A stretch of 64,000 bases of DNA. It comes from Nitrospirota bacterium (lineage in GTDB: Bacteria > Nitrospirota > UBA9217). Positions within the stretch are counted from its first letter, which is position 1; each line of letters starts with the position of its first letter. This document shows positions 10,481 through 21,971 of the stretch, piece after piece. Both the position numbers and the translations under genes were made by a program. The DNA is taken from NCBI GenBank assembly GCA_963749655.1, contig CAVVOB010000018.1, positions 160,001 to 224,000 on the forward strand, given 5' to 3'. The notes under the pieces are model-generated. The model did not search any database. It worked only from the letters and a program-made list of their open reading frames with translations, and was not told the origin of the DNA.

Positions 10481-11134
10481 TCACGGGAGCAGTGTCGCCA
10501 AGCGGCATTTAAAATCACCGATTCCCGTAAAATGGATCGTTTGCAGTCCGCGGCTCCGCGCCCGCTCAATGTGTTTGCCATTATCGTCGACGAAGAGCGC
10601 GTGCCGGGGCTCTACGCCGAGTTCCCTGCAAACGTCCGTGAAAACCGAGGCATCGCGCTTGCTCTTGCCGGTTCTGAAGGAATTAAAAACGCGGTCAAAG
10701 TGCCGGTACAATCCTGCAGTCCGGTCCAACTCCTCGAGCCAGTCCGTCTGGTCGCTCAGCATCGCCACCGTGATCCCCCGGCACCTCAGGCGGTCCACGA
10801 TCGACAGCATCTCCGGCCTGGGCGTAAACCGGTCGAGAATTTCGCGCCTGAGAGCTTCGTCGTCGTCGCTGATTCCGGTCCGTGACCTGACGGCATTCCA
10901 GAATGCTGCTTCATCCGCCGTGCCAAGAAGATATCCTGTTTCGAATATGAGCCCATCGACGGTTTTGAAAAAAACTTCGGGATCGAGGCCGCTCCTGCTT
11001 CCGATGGCCCTCAGCCCGTCCCGGAAGCCTTCTTCGGCGATAACGCCCCCAAAATCGATGAGTATCGTTGTGATTGCAGAGAAAGCGTCCGGAGCAGACT
11101 TCGGGTCGCCTTTGATTCTCCAGGAAGAAAACAA
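10481..11134 (-). CDS. HAD family phosphatase (start uncertain)
   Basis: DFGGVI motif I, LSD, K, FVDD motif IV. Confidence 0.85.
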   Translation of the reverse strand: MFSSWRIKGDPKSAPDAFSAITTILIDFGGVIAEEGFRDGLRAIGSRSGLDPEVFFKTVDGLIFETGYLLGTADEAAFWNAVRSRTGISDDDEALRREILDRFTPRPEMLSIVDRLRCRGITVAMLSDQTDWLEELDRTAGLYRHFDRVFNSFRTGKSKRDASVFTDVCRELGVEPRHALFVDDNGKHIERARSRGLQTIHFTGIGDFKCRLATLLP

Positions 11135-11201
11135 AGCATCCTCCTCGTATTTTGAATCGTAACGTCCTCGTCGGTAAATAGCTTTTTTTCATCGCGACCG
11201 C

Positions 11202-11832
11202 AAAAACGGTTTCACCGCAGAGCACGCTAAGAACGCAAAGAATATCCCGGCAAATCATTACTGGATCTTTTATGCTCTGCACAGCTTAGACTTACATCTC
11301 ATGCTGAAATTGTTCACCGCAGAAGACGCAGAACACACAGATAAAGTCCGGCAAAAGATTCAAAGAAAGGCATTCTCCATTTCTGCGTTCTTCTGCGCTT
11401 TCTGCGGTAAAAACGGTTTCACCGAAGAGCACGCTGAGAGCGCAGAGAATAGCCCGGCAAATCATTACTGGATCTTTTATGCTCTGTGCAGCTTAGACTT
11501 AAATCTCATGCTGAAATTGTTCACCGCAGAAGACGCAGAACACGCAGACAAAGTCCGGCAAAAGATTCAAAAAAAGGCATTCTCCATTTCTGCGTTCTTC
11601 TGCGCTTTCTGCGGTAAAAAAGGTTTCACCGAAGAGCAGGCTGAGAGCGCAGAGAATAGCCCGGCAAATCATTACTGGATCTTTTATGCTCTGTGCAGCT
11701 TAGACTTAAATCTCATGCTGAAATTGTTCACCGCAGAAGACGCAGAACACGCAGACAAAGTCCGGTAAAAGATTCAAAGAAAGGCATTCTCCATTTCTGC
11801 GTTCTTCTGCGCTTTCTGTGGTAAAAAAGGTT
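11202..11832. repeat. Tandem repeat, 3 x 207 bp, each unit with an internal inverted repeat
   Basis: atgctgaaattgttcaccgc at 11301, 11508 and 11715; units nearly identical. Confidence 0.95.
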
Positions 11833-12033
11833 CTTATGTGTTTGGGTATTAATAATGTTTCCGTTCTACGCTCGTTGATTAACGCGGCCGACTGTGTTTA
11901 TTTCGGTCACGAAGGATTTTTCACGTCGCAAACCGCAGGCGCAGCAGCCGGAAACGCAAGCACGAGGCACGGAATTCCGGAGTGCATTCATGCACATACC
12001 ATAACACATCAGGAGCATGACTGCAAAAAAAAC

Positions 12034-12061
12034 TTGACTATCTCCCTCTACTCTGTATAAT
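12034..12061 (+). promoter_or_regulatory. sigma70 promoter for dprA
   Basis: TTGACT-N16-TATAAT. Confidence 0.55.
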
Positions 12062-12104
12062 TTCTAACCTTGAGTGCAAAAAAAACCGCGGTACGGTCGG
12101 CCTG

Positions 12105-13208
12105 ATGCAGAATGCCACGGATCCTCTTCTCTCCTGGATAGGGCTCAGCAGCGTTCCCGGAGTGGGAAGAACAACATTCAGAAAGCTCGTTGCACGATTC
12201 GGCTCTCCGGAACGGGCGCTGTTCGCTTCACAGCGCGAGCTTGCTTCCGTCGACGGCGTCCCGCAAAAGACCATCGACGCACTGAGCTCTTTTGCATGGC
12301 GGACGTTTGCCGGGGAAGAACTGGCCAGGGCTGCGGCATCAGGGGTCCGCATCATAACTACGGACGACCCGGCCTATCCCGTCAATCTGAAAAATATCGC
12401 CGACTCGCCCCTCTATCTCTATGTCAGGGGCAATCTCGTTGCCGGTGATGAAAATGCCGTAGCAATCGTGGGTACCCGCAGGCCGTCCCACTTCGGCAGG
12501 ATGGTGACAAACCGTCTGTCCTCCGGTCTCGCCTCCGCGGGACTGACCATCGTAAGCGGCCTGGCGCGCGGCATCGACACGGAAGCCCACCGTGGAGCGC
12601 TCGCGGCGCAGGGCAGGACCATAGCCGTGCTGGGATGCGGCATCGACGTCGCGTACCCGCCGGAGAACAAAGCGCTCATAGAACAGATCTGCAGGTCAGG
12701 GGCCGTGATCGCGGAAAACGCCTTCGGCACGATGCCGGAAGCCGGCTACTTCCCGGCCCGGAACAGAATCATAAGCGGCCTGTCCCGGGGGACCGTGATC
12801 ATTGAAGCAACCAGCGACAGCGGCTCCCTCATAACAGCGAAGTATGCAACGGAGCAAGGCAGAAAGCTCTTCGCCGTCCCGGGAAACGCCGGCGCCCCGA
12901 CCAGCAAGGGAACAAACAGCCTGATCAAAAACGGAACGCTGCTGGTTGAATGCGCCGAGGACCTTCTGAAAGAACTCGGCGGCGGCCGCGCCGGTTCGGG
13001 GAAGACGCAAGCACGCGATCTTCCGATCCTGTCACCGGTCGAATCTGCGGTACTGCAGTTCGTGACCGGAGAACCCAAGCATATTGATGTGCTGATGCGT
13101 GAAAGCCGGCTCACGGCCGGACCGCTGAGCGGCGCCTTGATAAACCTGGAATTAAAGGGACTGGTCAGGCAACTCACGGGAAAATATTTTGTCAGGCACG
13201 AAGAGTGA
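12105..13208 (+). CDS. dprA: DNA-processing protein DprA
   Basis: AIVGTR, IVSGLARGIDT.AH, FPARNRIISGLS, SGSLITA, C-terminal winged helix. Confidence 0.96.
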   Translation: MQNATDPLLSWIGLSSVPGVGRTTFRKLVARFGSPERALFASQRELASVDGVPQKTIDALSSFAWRTFAGEELARAAASGVRIITTDDPAYPVNLKNIADSPLYLYVRGNLVAGDENAVAIVGTRRPSHFGRMVTNRLSSGLASAGLTIVSGLARGIDTEAHRGALAAQGRTIAVLGCGIDVAYPPENKALIEQICRSGAVIAENAFGTMPEAGYFPARNRIISGLSRGTVIIEATSDSGSLITAKYATEQGRKLFAVPGNAGAPTSKGTNSLIKNGTLLVECAEDLLKELGGGRAGSGKTQARDLPILSPVESAVLQFVTGEPKHIDVLMRESRLTAGPLSGALINLELKGLVRQLTGKYFVRHEE

Positions 13209-13311
13209 CGCCTCTCCGCCGGCTGCCGGTTTGCCGGAGGAAAACCGTGATTTTTTAATTGGCTATCGTTTCCGGACGGCTTCGTGGTATAATCAGTGGT
13301 TGGAGGATCTA

Positions 13312-13785
13312 TTGGACGAACGAATGATGACCCTGTTCTCGCTCATCGCGGACCAGGTTCAAAAAAAACAGGAGCTGTTCGAAGAGGAAGGCAAGATCAT
13401 GCAGACGCTGCTGAACAGCGGCTATCGGCTGAACGAGGCCGACGCGGCGCTGACGCTCATGCAGACGCTGGTAAACAAACAATCGGAGGAGCTGTTCACG
13501 AACATGCCCTCCGCCGCTTCAGGGATGCGCGCGATGAACCGGGAGGAGCGTGAGCGGTTCAGTGTCGACGCATTCGGCTTCGTAACGAAGCTTGCAAACC
13601 TGGGGATCATCTCCGATGACCAGCGCGAAGAACTGCTGGAGCGGGCTATGTCGGTTTATACCGAACGCATCGAGGTGGACCATATCAAAAGCCTGGTGGC
13701 TTTTACCCTGTTCGTTCACCCCCATGAACAGGAGGGGCATGCGCCCACGGTCAACCGGCGCACGAAGAAGACCTCCTGGAACTAG
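13312..13785 (+). CDS. DUF494/Smg family protein
   Basis: Lies between dprA and topA; TTG start after GGAGG; L...GY...EADAAL and R.M..EERER motifs. Confidence 0.75.
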   Translation: MDERMMTLFSLIADQVQKKQELFEEEGKIMQTLLNSGYRLNEADAALTLMQTLVNKQSEELFTNMPSAASGMRAMNREERERFSVDAFGFVTKLANLGIISDDQREELLERAMSVYTERIEVDHIKSLVAFTLFVHPHEQEGHAPTVNRRTKKTSWN

Positions 13786-13901
13786 CTGATCGAAAGTGTC
13801 ATGACTGCGGGAGCGGATGCTCGGCGCGTCGACCATGTGCCCGAAGCTCGACGATGCCCGGCCCGGCGCGCTCCCCGGCCTTGATGAAGGTTTGAACAAT
13901 T

Positions 13902-16208
13902 ATGAAATCACTGGTCATAGTCGAATCTCCTGCAAAAGCGAAGACCATTGCCAAGTACCTGGGCAAAGACTACACGGTCAAGGCGTCGGTGGGTCACATC
14001 ATGGACCTCCCGAAGAGCAAACTCGGCGTTGATGTCGAAAACGACTTCGAGCCCAAGTACATCCAGATCAAGGGCAAGGCTCCGGTGGTCAGGGAGCTGA
14101 AATCAGCCGCAAAAAAAGCCGACCGCATCCTGATCGCAACCGACCCCGACCGCGAGGGCGAAGCCATCGCCCACCATGTCGCGGAGACCATCGCGGGCAG
14201 CGCGAAGACGCAGGAGATCTACCGCGTCCTGTTCAACGAGATCACGAAGAAAGCCATCCTCCTGGCCATCGAGCATCCCGGCAAGATCGACGCGAACAAG
14301 GTCGACGCGCAGCAGGCTCGGCGCGTGCTCGACCGTCTCGTAGGCTACCAGATCAGCCCCATCCTGTGGCAGAAAGTCCGCCGCGGTCTTTCCGCCGGCC
14401 GCGTCCAGTCCGTTGCGCTCCGTCTGATCTGCGAGCGCGAAGAGGAGATCAAGGCCTTCGTTCCCGAGGAATTCTGGTCGCTCACGGCCCTCCTTGAAGG
14501 GAAGCTGCCGCCCCAGTTCGAAGCCAAGCTCCTCAAGAAGGACGAGGAAAAGCTCAAGGTCAAGAACAACGACGAGGTCCAGAAAATCCTCGCGGACCTT
14601 CAAAATGCGACCTACACGGTCTCCCGGGTGGAAAAGAAGGAACGACGACGCAACCCCGTTCCCCCGTTCACCACGAGCAAGCTGCAGCAGGAAGGCGTCC
14701 GGAAGCTCGGATTTACCGCAAAACGAACCATGGGCATCGCCCAGTCTTTGTATGAAGGCGTCGACATCGGCGAGGAAGGTACGGTCGGCCTCATCACCTA
14801 TATGAGGACCGACTCGACCCGCGTCGGCAAGGAAGCGCAGGACGAAGCCCGCGAGTTCATCGCGTCCAAATACGGCAAGGACTATCTGCCTGAAAAGGCC
14901 CCGGTGTATGCCAGCGCCAAATCAGCGCAGGAAGCCCACGAGGCCATTCGCCCCACGTCGGTCCTGAGGGAGCCGGACGCCATCAAGAAGCACCTTGCGC
15001 CGGAGCAGTACAAGCTGTACAAGCTCATCTGGAACCGCTTCGTTGCGAGCCAGATGAATCCGGCGATCATAGACCAGACTTCCATCGACGTCACGGCAGC
15101 CGGCTACGTGTTCCGGGCTACGGGATCGATCGTGAAGTTTCCCGGATTCATGGCCGTCTACCTGGAGGAAAAATCCGAAGACCAGGCGCCGTCTGAAGAG
15201 GATAACAGCGAAGCGGTTCTGCCGCCCCTTGCCGAGGGAGATAGCCTGACGCTCATCAAGCTCGACCCCAAACAGCACTTCACCCAGCCCCCGCCCCGTT
15301 TTTCCGAGGCCTTGCTTGTGAAAACGCTGGAGGAAAAAGGCATCGGCAGGCCGAGCACCTATGCCGCCATCATCTCGACCATTCAGGACCGCGATTATGT
15401 GAACAAGGTCGAGAACAAATTCCGCCCCACGGAGCTGGGCGTGCTCGTGAATACGCTTCTGGTGAGCCATTTCCCGGTGGTCATGGACGTGGCGTTCACC
15501 GCAAAGATGGAAGACGAACTCGACAAGATCGAAGAAGGCCAGATGCCCTGGGTTGACGCTGTCCGGGATTTTTATCGGCCCTTCAGCGAAAGCCTGGAAA
15601 AGGCCCAGGCCGAGATGAAGGATTTCAAGGCCGAGCAGACGCCCACCGACATCAACTGCGAAAAATGCGGCAAGCCCATGATCATCAAGTGGGGCAGGAA
15701 CGGCCAGTTCCTCGCCTGCAGCGGCTACCCGGACTGCAAAAACACGAAGCCCTTCGTCCGCACCGAGAACGGCGGCGTCGAGGCGGCGCCCGAAGAGACG
15801 ACCGACGAGAAATGTCCCAAATGCGGCTCCGACATGGTCGTCAAACGCGGCCGGTTCGGAAAGTTTCTGGCCTGCTCGCGCTATCCCGAATGCAACCATA
15901 CCCAGGGGATGTCCACCGGCGTCATCTGTCCCGAGGACGGCGGCAAGATCGTCGAACGCCGCTCGCGCTTCGGCAAGGTCTTCTATTCCTGCGCCAATTA
16001 TCCGGACTGCAAGTACGCCATCTGGTACAAGCCTGTAACACGCGCCTGCCCGCAGTGCGCCGCGCCTTTCCTTGTAGAAAAGTATTCGAAAAAAACGGGC
16101 GCCTATATTGCCTGCCAGAACAAGGAATGCGGATACAAGGAAGAACCGAAAACGGAAACGGCAGCGCAGGACAGCGAACAGAAACAGGACGTTCCCGTCG
16201 GCTCGTAG
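13902..16208 (+). CDS. topA: DNA topoisomerase I with C-terminal zinc ribbons
   Basis: LVIVESPAKAKTI, ATDPDREGE, SAGRVQS, ITYMRTDS, AHEAIRPT. Confidence 0.98.
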   Translation: MKSLVIVESPAKAKTIAKYLGKDYTVKASVGHIMDLPKSKLGVDVENDFEPKYIQIKGKAPVVRELKSAAKKADRILIATDPDREGEAIAHHVAETIAGSAKTQEIYRVLFNEITKKAILLAIEHPGKIDANKVDAQQARRVLDRLVGYQISPILWQKVRRGLSAGRVQSVALRLICEREEEIKAFVPEEFWSLTALLEGKLPPQFEAKLLKKDEEKLKVKNNDEVQKILADLQNATYTVSRVEKKERRRNPVPPFTTSKLQQEGVRKLGFTAKRTMGIAQSLYEGVDIGEEGTVGLITYMRTDSTRVGKEAQDEAREFIASKYGKDYLPEKAPVYASAKSAQEAHEAIRPTSVLREPDAIKKHLAPEQYKLYKLIWNRFVASQMNPAIIDQTSIDVTAAGYVFRATGSIVKFPGFMAVYLEEKSEDQAPSEEDNSEAVLPPLAEGDSLTLIKLDPKQHFTQPPPRFSEALLVKTLEEKGIGRPSTYAAIISTIQDRDYVNKVENKFRPTELGVLVNTLLVSHFPVVMDVAFTAKMEDELDKIEEGQMPWVDAVRDFYRPFSESLEKAQAEMKDFKAEQTPTDINCEKCGKPMIIKWGRNGQFLACSGYPDCKNTKPFVRTENGGVEAAPEETTDEKCPKCGSDMVVKRGRFGKFLACSRYPECNHTQGMSTGVICPEDGGKIVERRSRFGKVFYSCANYPDCKYAIWYKPVTRACPQCAAPFLVEKYSKKTGAYIACQNKECGYKEEPKTETAAQDSEQKQDVPVGS

Positions 16209-16281
16209 TCCCCGCTTCCTCCCGTCCTCCGGAGACCGGATGATCCTTGCAAAACCCGACCTGATACGCTAAAGTATCTGT

Positions 16282-17163
16282 ATGCGGAAGCACATCTTCG
16301 ACTTCATCGCCTATCTGAAAAATCGCAAAAACGTCTCACCCCATACCGAACGCAGCTATCTCTCGGACCTCGATCAGTTTGCCGATTTCCTCGGCAAAAC
16401 GGAGCTTGCCGCAGTCGACCATCTGAAACTCCGGGACTTCATCGCCCATCTCATGAAGAACGGGGTCAAGAAGTCGTCGATCAGCCGCAAGCTCTCCGCC
16501 ATCCGTTCGTTCTTCAAGTACCTGAACCGGGAAGGCATTCTGGAACACAATCCTACCCGGCTCGTTGCTTCGCCGCGCAGGGAAAAACGTCTGCCTGCTG
16601 TTTTGACCGTCGATGATGCCCTGCGTCTCATGCAGGCGCCGGGGAATACGAACGATGCCGCGCCGCGTGACCGAGCTGTGCTCGAAACGCTGTATTCCAG
16701 CGGCATACGCGCAAGCGAGCTCATCGGCATGAATCGCGAGGACGTCGATCGCAGGGAACGGCTCATCCGCATCCGCGGCAAGGGGAAAAAGGAACGGATC
16801 GTACCGATCGGGAGCACGGCGCTGCAGGCCATCGAGACGTACCTCAACGGGAAAAAATCGGGAGCGGACAACCCCGCAGTCTTCACGGGCCCTTCCGGAA
16901 AACGCTTGACAGCCCGGACGGTTCAGCGTATTTTAGAAAACTGCAGAAAAGAGCTGGGGTTGGCGCAAAAAGCAAGCCCACACACGCTCCGCCACAGTTT
17001 TGCAACGCACCTGCTCGAATCGGGCGCGGACCTTCGTGCGATCCAGGAGCTGCTCGGTCATGCAAGCCTTTCGACGACCCAGCGCTACACGCATCTTAAT
17101 CTCGATTCGCTCATGGATGTCTACGACAAAGCCCATCCCAGGGCGAGACGCCGCAAAGCATAG
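16282..17163 (+). CDS. xerC: Tyrosine recombinase XerC
   Basis: [39 protein letters not shown]; topA-xerC-hslV context. Confidence 0.93.
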   Translation: MRKHIFDFIAYLKNRKNVSPHTERSYLSDLDQFADFLGKTELAAVDHLKLRDFIAHLMKNGVKKSSISRKLSAIRSFFKYLNREGILEHNPTRLVASPRREKRLPAVLTVDDALRLMQAPGNTNDAAPRDRAVLETLYSSGIRASELIGMNREDVDRRERLIRIRGKGKKERIVPIGSTALQAIETYLNGKKSGADNPAVFTGPSGKRLTARTVQRILENCRKELGLAQKASPHTLRHSFATHLLESGADLRAIQELLGHASLSTTQRYTHLNLDSLMDVYDKAHPRARRRKA

Positions 17164-17198
17164 TGACTGAATCAAGCAATCCTGAAGCAGGAGGTATC

Positions 17199-17741
17199 AT
17201 GGGAGAAATAACCCCGCTGTACGGAACGACTATCCTGGCCGTCCGGCGGAACGGCAAGACCGCCATCGGGGGAGATGGTCAGGTCACGGTGGGAACTACC
17301 GTGATGAAACACAACGCCAAAAAAGTGCGGAAGCTCTACAACGAGAAGATCCTTGCCGGGTTTGCCGGGGCAACAGCCGATGCATTCACGCTGTTCGAAA
17401 AATTCGAGGCCAAACTCGAACAGTACCGCGGCAACCTGACACGAGCCGCCGTTGAGCTTGCGAAGGACTGGCGCACCGACAGGGTGCTGCGCAGGCTCGA
17501 GGCGCTGATGATCGTTGCGGACCAGGAGCGGTCGTTCATTCTCTCGGGAAACGGCGACGTCATCGAGCCGGAGAATGGAATCGCGGCAATCGGTTCCGGC
17601 GGACCCTACGCCCTGTCGGCCGCCCGAGCGCTTGCGGACCATACACAGCTTGATGCCCGCACGATCGTTGCGGAGTCGATGAAGATCGCGGGAGAAATCT
17701 GCATCTATACGAACAAGGAAATCACGATCGAGGAGCTTTAA
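17199..17741 (+). CDS. hslV: ATP-dependent protease subunit HslV
   Basis: GTTILAV catalytic Thr, [19 protein letters not shown]. Confidence 0.97.
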   Translation: MGEITPLYGTTILAVRRNGKTAIGGDGQVTVGTTVMKHNAKKVRKLYNEKILAGFAGATADAFTLFEKFEAKLEQYRGNLTRAAVELAKDWRTDRVLRRLEALMIVADQERSFILSGNGDVIEPENGIAAIGSGGPYALSAARALADHTQLDARTIVAESMKIAGEICIYTNKEITIEEL

Positions 17742-17815
17742 CAATTGCGGATTGCGTAACACAGAGCACAAAAATCGGGTCTTTCGCTTTGGCTTGTATC
17801 CTGAACATGGCATTG

Positions 17816-18113
17816 AAACCACGGATGGAACCGGATAAAAGCTTAACAAGGCAAGCCTCAAACCAATGAAATTTGTAACCACAGATGAACATGGATAAAC
17901 ACGGATAGAAGCAAGTTTCTTAAATTTGTGTAAAGCTTTTCACCTGTGTTCATCTGTGTGTCCGGCGAAGCCGGACTTGTGGTTGCAAAACTTGACTCAA
18001 AATTCAAGATGTTGGTTCGTAAAGTACTTTAAAACAATAACAATTTTAACGAGGGCTTCTCCCGTAGAGCTTTACGGTTTTTATCCGTGTTTATCTGTGT
18101 TAATCCGTGGTTA
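17816..18113. repeat. Decamer-periodic inverted repeat (AACCAC(A/G)GATGAACA... / ATCCGTGTTTATCTGTG)
   Basis: aaccacagatgaacatggataaacacggat ... atccgtgtttatctgtgttaatccgtggtt; related copy near 8986-9114. Confidence 0.75.
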
Positions 18114-18165
18114 AATGTTTTTTAGTTTCATCAAGTTCGAAATTTTGTAATGGTAGGGAGGCTTT

Positions 18166-19509
18166 TTGAAGAACGACCTGACACCGCGACAGACTGTTGA
18201 GGAGTTGGACCGCTATATCATCGGCCAGCACCGGGCCAAGCGCGCCGTTGCCATAGCGCTCCGGAACCGCTGGAGACGCCAACACCTCCCGGAAGCGCTC
18301 CGCGACGAAGTCATGCCGAAAAACATCATCATGATCGGACCGACGGGCGTTGGCAAGACCGAAATTGCGCGAAGACTCGCCAAGCTGGTCCAGGCTCCCT
18401 TTCTCAAAATCGAAGCATCGAAATTTACCGAAGTAGGGTACGTCGGTCGGGACGTGGATTCGATCATACGCGATCTCACCGAGATCGGCATCAACATGGT
18501 CAAAAGCGATATGGAGGAGCAGGTCAGGGAAAAGGCCGCCGCCATGGCCGAGGAACGGCTTGTCGATGTCTTGCTTCCGCCCCTCAGGAACTCTCCCGGC
18601 TTCGAGGCCCCTACCAGCGAGCAGCAGGAGCAGCACACATCGACGCGGGAGAAACTCAGGCAGCAGCTTCGCGAGGGCAAACTTGACAGCCGGACCGTCG
18701 AGATAGAGACCCGGGAAAAGGTCATGCCTTTCGGCATTGTCTCGAACGTGGGCCTGGAAGAGATCGAGATGAACCTCAAGGACATGCTCGGCGGGCTCCT
18801 GCCGGATAAAACCAAAAAACGCAAGCTCAAGGTGCCCGACGCGCTCAGGCTCCTGGTTCAGGAAGAAGCGTCCAAGCTCATCGATATGGAAAAAGTCACC
18901 CGCGACGCCCTCCAGCGCGTCGAACAGTCGGGAATCGTGTTCCTGGACGAGATCGACAAGATCGCCGGCCGCGAGTCCCATGGCCCCGATGTTTCCCGCG
19001 AGGGGGTGCAGCGGGACCTTCTGCCGATCGTGGAAGGATCGACGGTCGCGACGAAACACGGACCGGTCAAGACCGACCATATCCTCTTCATCGCCGCAGG
19101 CGCTTTTCATGTGTCGAAGCCGTCCGACCTCATTCCCGAGCTGCAGGGACGATTTCCAATCCGCGTAGAGCTGGAATCCCTCGGCAAAGAAGATTTCGTG
19201 CGCATTTTAACGGAGCCGCAGAATGCGCTGATCAAGCAGCAGGTCGCTCTGCTCGCAACAGAGGACATCACTCTGGACTTTACGAAGGAAGCAATCGAGG
19301 AAATAGCCGCCATCGCGGCGCAGGTCAATGAACGAACGGAGAATATCGGCGCCCGCAGGCTGCATACTATCGTGGAGCGGCTGCTCGATGAAATATCTTT
19401 TGACGCACCCGAGAAAAAAGGCGCCAGTTTCAACATCACCGCAGACTACGTACGCGAACGCATGACCGATGTTCTGAAGAGCGAGGACCTGAGCAGGTAC
19501 ATCTTGTAA
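18166..19509 (+). CDS. hslU: ATP-dependent protease ATPase subunit HslU
   Basis: [43 protein letters not shown]. Confidence 0.98.
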   Translation: MKNDLTPRQTVEELDRYIIGQHRAKRAVAIALRNRWRRQHLPEALRDEVMPKNIIMIGPTGVGKTEIARRLAKLVQAPFLKIEASKFTEVGYVGRDVDSIIRDLTEIGINMVKSDMEEQVREKAAAMAEERLVDVLLPPLRNSPGFEAPTSEQQEQHTSTREKLRQQLREGKLDSRTVEIETREKVMPFGIVSNVGLEEIEMNLKDMLGGLLPDKTKKRKLKVPDALRLLVQEEASKLIDMEKVTRDALQRVEQSGIVFLDEIDKIAGRESHGPDVSREGVQRDLLPIVEGSTVATKHGPVKTDHILFIAAGAFHVSKPSDLIPELQGRFPIRVELESLGKEDFVRILTEPQNALIKQQVALLATEDITLDFTKEAIEEIAAIAAQVNERTENIGARRLHTIVERLLDEISFDAPEKKGASFNITADYVRERMTDVLKSEDLSRYIL

Positions 19510-19581
19510 AACAAGTTTCGGGTTTCGAGTCTAGCTCGAAACAGAAAACTCGGGACGCGAGACATTATTCCTGGGGTTGTT

Positions 19582-20464
19582 ATGCAAAAACTTATCGAAA
19601 AAGCGAAAACCCTCATCGAGGCCATGCCTTACATCCAGACCTTCCGGGGGAAGACCTTCGTGATCAAATACGGCGGCAACGCCATGATCGATGAAGGGCT
19701 GAAGCAGGGATTTGCCCAGGACGTGGTCCTTCTGCGCTACATCGGCATAAATCCCGTGATCATCCACGGGGGCGGACCGCAGATCGGCAAGACCATGGAG
19801 CGGATGGGAAAGAAGCCTGCCTTCGTATCGGGCCAGCGGGTTACGGACGAAGAGACCATGGATATCGTCGAGATGGTGCTCGGCGGAAAAGTGAACAAGG
19901 AAATCGTCAACTTGATCAGCCAGGCGGGCGGCAAAGCCGTGGGTCTCACCGGCAAGGATGGCGGTCTCATCCAGGCGACAAAGCTGAAATTGACCAAACA
20001 GTCCGAAATCACGGGCGAGACCGAGATCATCGACATCGGGCTCGTCGGCCAGGTGACCGAGGTCCGGCCGGGCGCCCTTGTCGCGCTTGATCAGGGCGGC
20101 TTCATTCCCGTCATCGCGCCGGTCGGCGCGGGACCGCAGGGCGAAACCTACAACATCAACGCCGATCTCGTGGCCGGCGCCGTGGCTGGCGCCTTAAAGG
20201 CCGAAAAGCTCATACTTCTCACCGACCAGGCCGGTATTCTGGACAAGGACAAGAAGCTGATCCCGACACTGAATAAGAAAAAGATCGAGGACCTGATCCA
20301 GTCCGGGACCGTCGGCGGAGGCATGCTGCCGAAGACGCGGTCGTGCTTCGATGCGCTTGAAGCGGGCTGCGTCAAGGTCCATATCATCGACGGCCGGGTC
20401 CCCCACGCTCTCCTGCTTGAGAATCTTTACGAAGGAAGGAATCGGAACGGAGATTACGCTTTAA
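19582..20464 (+). CDS. argB: Acetylglutamate kinase; +1 frameshift near the C-terminus (about 20422)
   Basis: KYGGNAM, HGGGPQI, NINAD, GGMLPK; removing one A restores [16 protein letters not shown] with stop at 20464. Confidence 0.95.
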
Positions 20465-20520
20465 GGGGATCGTGACCTGCCGCCTAATCGAAAAGAAAAT
20501 CATCACGCGCAGCGTAAAAT

Positions 20521-20557
20521 AAAGAAAGCCCGGAGGCCAGCGCCTCCGGGCTTTTTC
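20521..20557. terminator. Probably bidirectional intrinsic terminator
   Basis: AAAGCCCGGAGG-loop-CCTCCGGGCTTTTT between convergent units. Confidence 0.8.
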
Positions 20558-20589
20558 ATTCTTCTTGCCGTTGTTATAATACTGCTCCT

Positions 20590-21964
20590 CATTGCTGTCC
20601 AAGATAATCTGATTTCCTGAAGCTCACCCCTACCAATCAAGGCTTTTAGACAGGTAATTCCATCATCTCGGATTCAGGTTCTTTGTTCTGCTGTCCAATT
20701 ACCGATAGCTCATTACCAGTTGTTCTGCCGACGGTACAATCGGCGGTGTTTCAAACGGATTATCCAGCCATGTCCATAAATCTCGATACGTGAACAGGTT
20801 ATACCGGAGCATGGCAACCAAATTCGACAACGACCAGCCGAGTGTGGAACGGAACTTCAAGTACTTCAACACCAGGATTGCGATTAATGCTGTCCAAATC
20901 TGGGTCAGCAAAGCATTCCGGCTCGTTCCCACAAACGTCTTGATCTTCAGATTCTGCTTGATCGTCTTGAAAAATATCTCAATCTGCCAACGGTCTTTAT
21001 ATATGCTCGCGATGGTCGTAGCGCCAAAAGTGAGATGATTTGTCCACAGAACAATCACCCGCTCATTGTCTGCGTCCCATACTTCTACCCGCCGCAGGAT
21101 ATATGGGCATTTCCTGATTGAGTAATGGCCTGTCAGCTCAATGAGCTGGTCTTTAATGATGTTTCTGTTGTCGGGTACCGCTCTCTTTTCGATCACCTTG
21201 AAAGCGGCGTTATCCTTCTCTCTCGTTACAAAAAAAATTCCGGCCTCGGTCCATCGGGCAAACTGCTCATAGTCCACATAACCCCGATCAATTGCCAGGA
21301 TGGAGCCTTTGGGGAACGTGAGCGTATGCGCGATGTTCACTTCATGCACATTCCCCTCGGTCATACTGCAGAAGACCGGAAGATAGCCGTCGTGGTCCAA
21401 CAGCAGGTGAAGCTTGATAGCTCCTTTTTTCTGCCGATACTTTGCCCAGTCAAACAAAGTGATGCAAAGTTCTATCAGCGTGGCATCGAGGCTGAACAGC
21501 TTGTTCTTGAACCGAAACGGCTTCTTGCCGTGTGCCAGAACCCGGCACTTGGCCAGGAGCTGATAAAAGACCTTCTGGTACAGCTGCCACGGCCGATGCT
21601 CGTTGGCATAGGCCAGTGTGGAACGTTTGGGCGCTACATCTATCCCGAGGTGCTTAAGCTTGCCTAGGCATGTCGCCAATCCGCCGCAAATCTCCCGCAG
21701 CGAGTGTGCTTGTCCCAACTGACAGAACACCATTGCAACGAACTGACCCCAGCAACTGAACCCTTTTACGCCTCTTTCTGCCCGTGTTTCCCGCACCGCT
21801 CTCACAAAATCCTGCTGCGAAAATATATCTAGAATCTGTCCGAAAATGCTGTTAAACTTGTTCACGGGGATGTCCTCCTTCGGATATTTTGGTCTTCGAC
21901 AAACCTACTTTATCCGATTGAGGCTTCCCCTGCAATTACTCAAATCCTATCTTGGACGGGTCTG
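20590..21964 (-). mobile_element. Complete IS4-family insertion sequence (1375 bp) with 9-bp target site duplication
   Basis: Imperfect terminal IRs CATTGCTGTCCAAGATA / CAGACCCGTCCAAGATA; direct repeat ACTGCTCCT at 20581-20589 and 21965-21973. Confidence 0.93.
20699..21865 (-). CDS. IS4 family DDE transposase
   Basis: SLREI, RSTLAYAN, LDAT, DRGYVDY, YKDRWQIEIFFK.IKQNL (YREK signature). Confidence 0.95.
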   Translation of the reverse strand: MNKFNSIFGQILDIFSQQDFVRAVRETRAERGVKGFSCWGQFVAMVFCQLGQAHSLREICGGLATCLGKLKHLGIDVAPKRSTLAYANEHRPWQLYQKVFYQLLAKCRVLAHGKKPFRFKNKLFSLDATLIELCITLFDWAKYRQKKGAIKLHLLLDHDGYLPVFCSMTEGNVHEVNIAHTLTFPKGSILAIDRGYVDYEQFARWTEAGIFFVTREKDNAAFKVIEKRAVPDNRNIIKDQLIELTGHYSIRKCPYILRRVEVWDADNERVIVLWTNHLTFGATTIASIYKDRWQIEIFFKTIKQNLKIKTFVGTSRNALLTQIWTALIAILVLKYLKFRSTLGWSLSNLVAMLRYNLFTYRDLWTWLDNPFETPPIVPSAEQLVMSYR

Positions 21965-21971
21965 ACTGCTC

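Noticed and set aside
11301-11768. 155-aa repeat ORF as a real protein
   Set aside because: It is a by-product of a 69-codon DNA repeat; no SD, no recognisable domain, and a stop arises in the third unit.
11202-11832. CRISPR array
   Set aside because: Whole 207-bp units are near-identical, with no unique spacers and no cas genes nearby.
16282-17163. Phage or island integrase
   Set aside because: Size, motifs and topA-xerC-hslVU context indicate housekeeping XerC.
20400-20475. Altered ArgB C-terminus or programmed frameshift
   Set aside because: A single extra A explains it and there is no slippery sequence; most likely a sequencing error.
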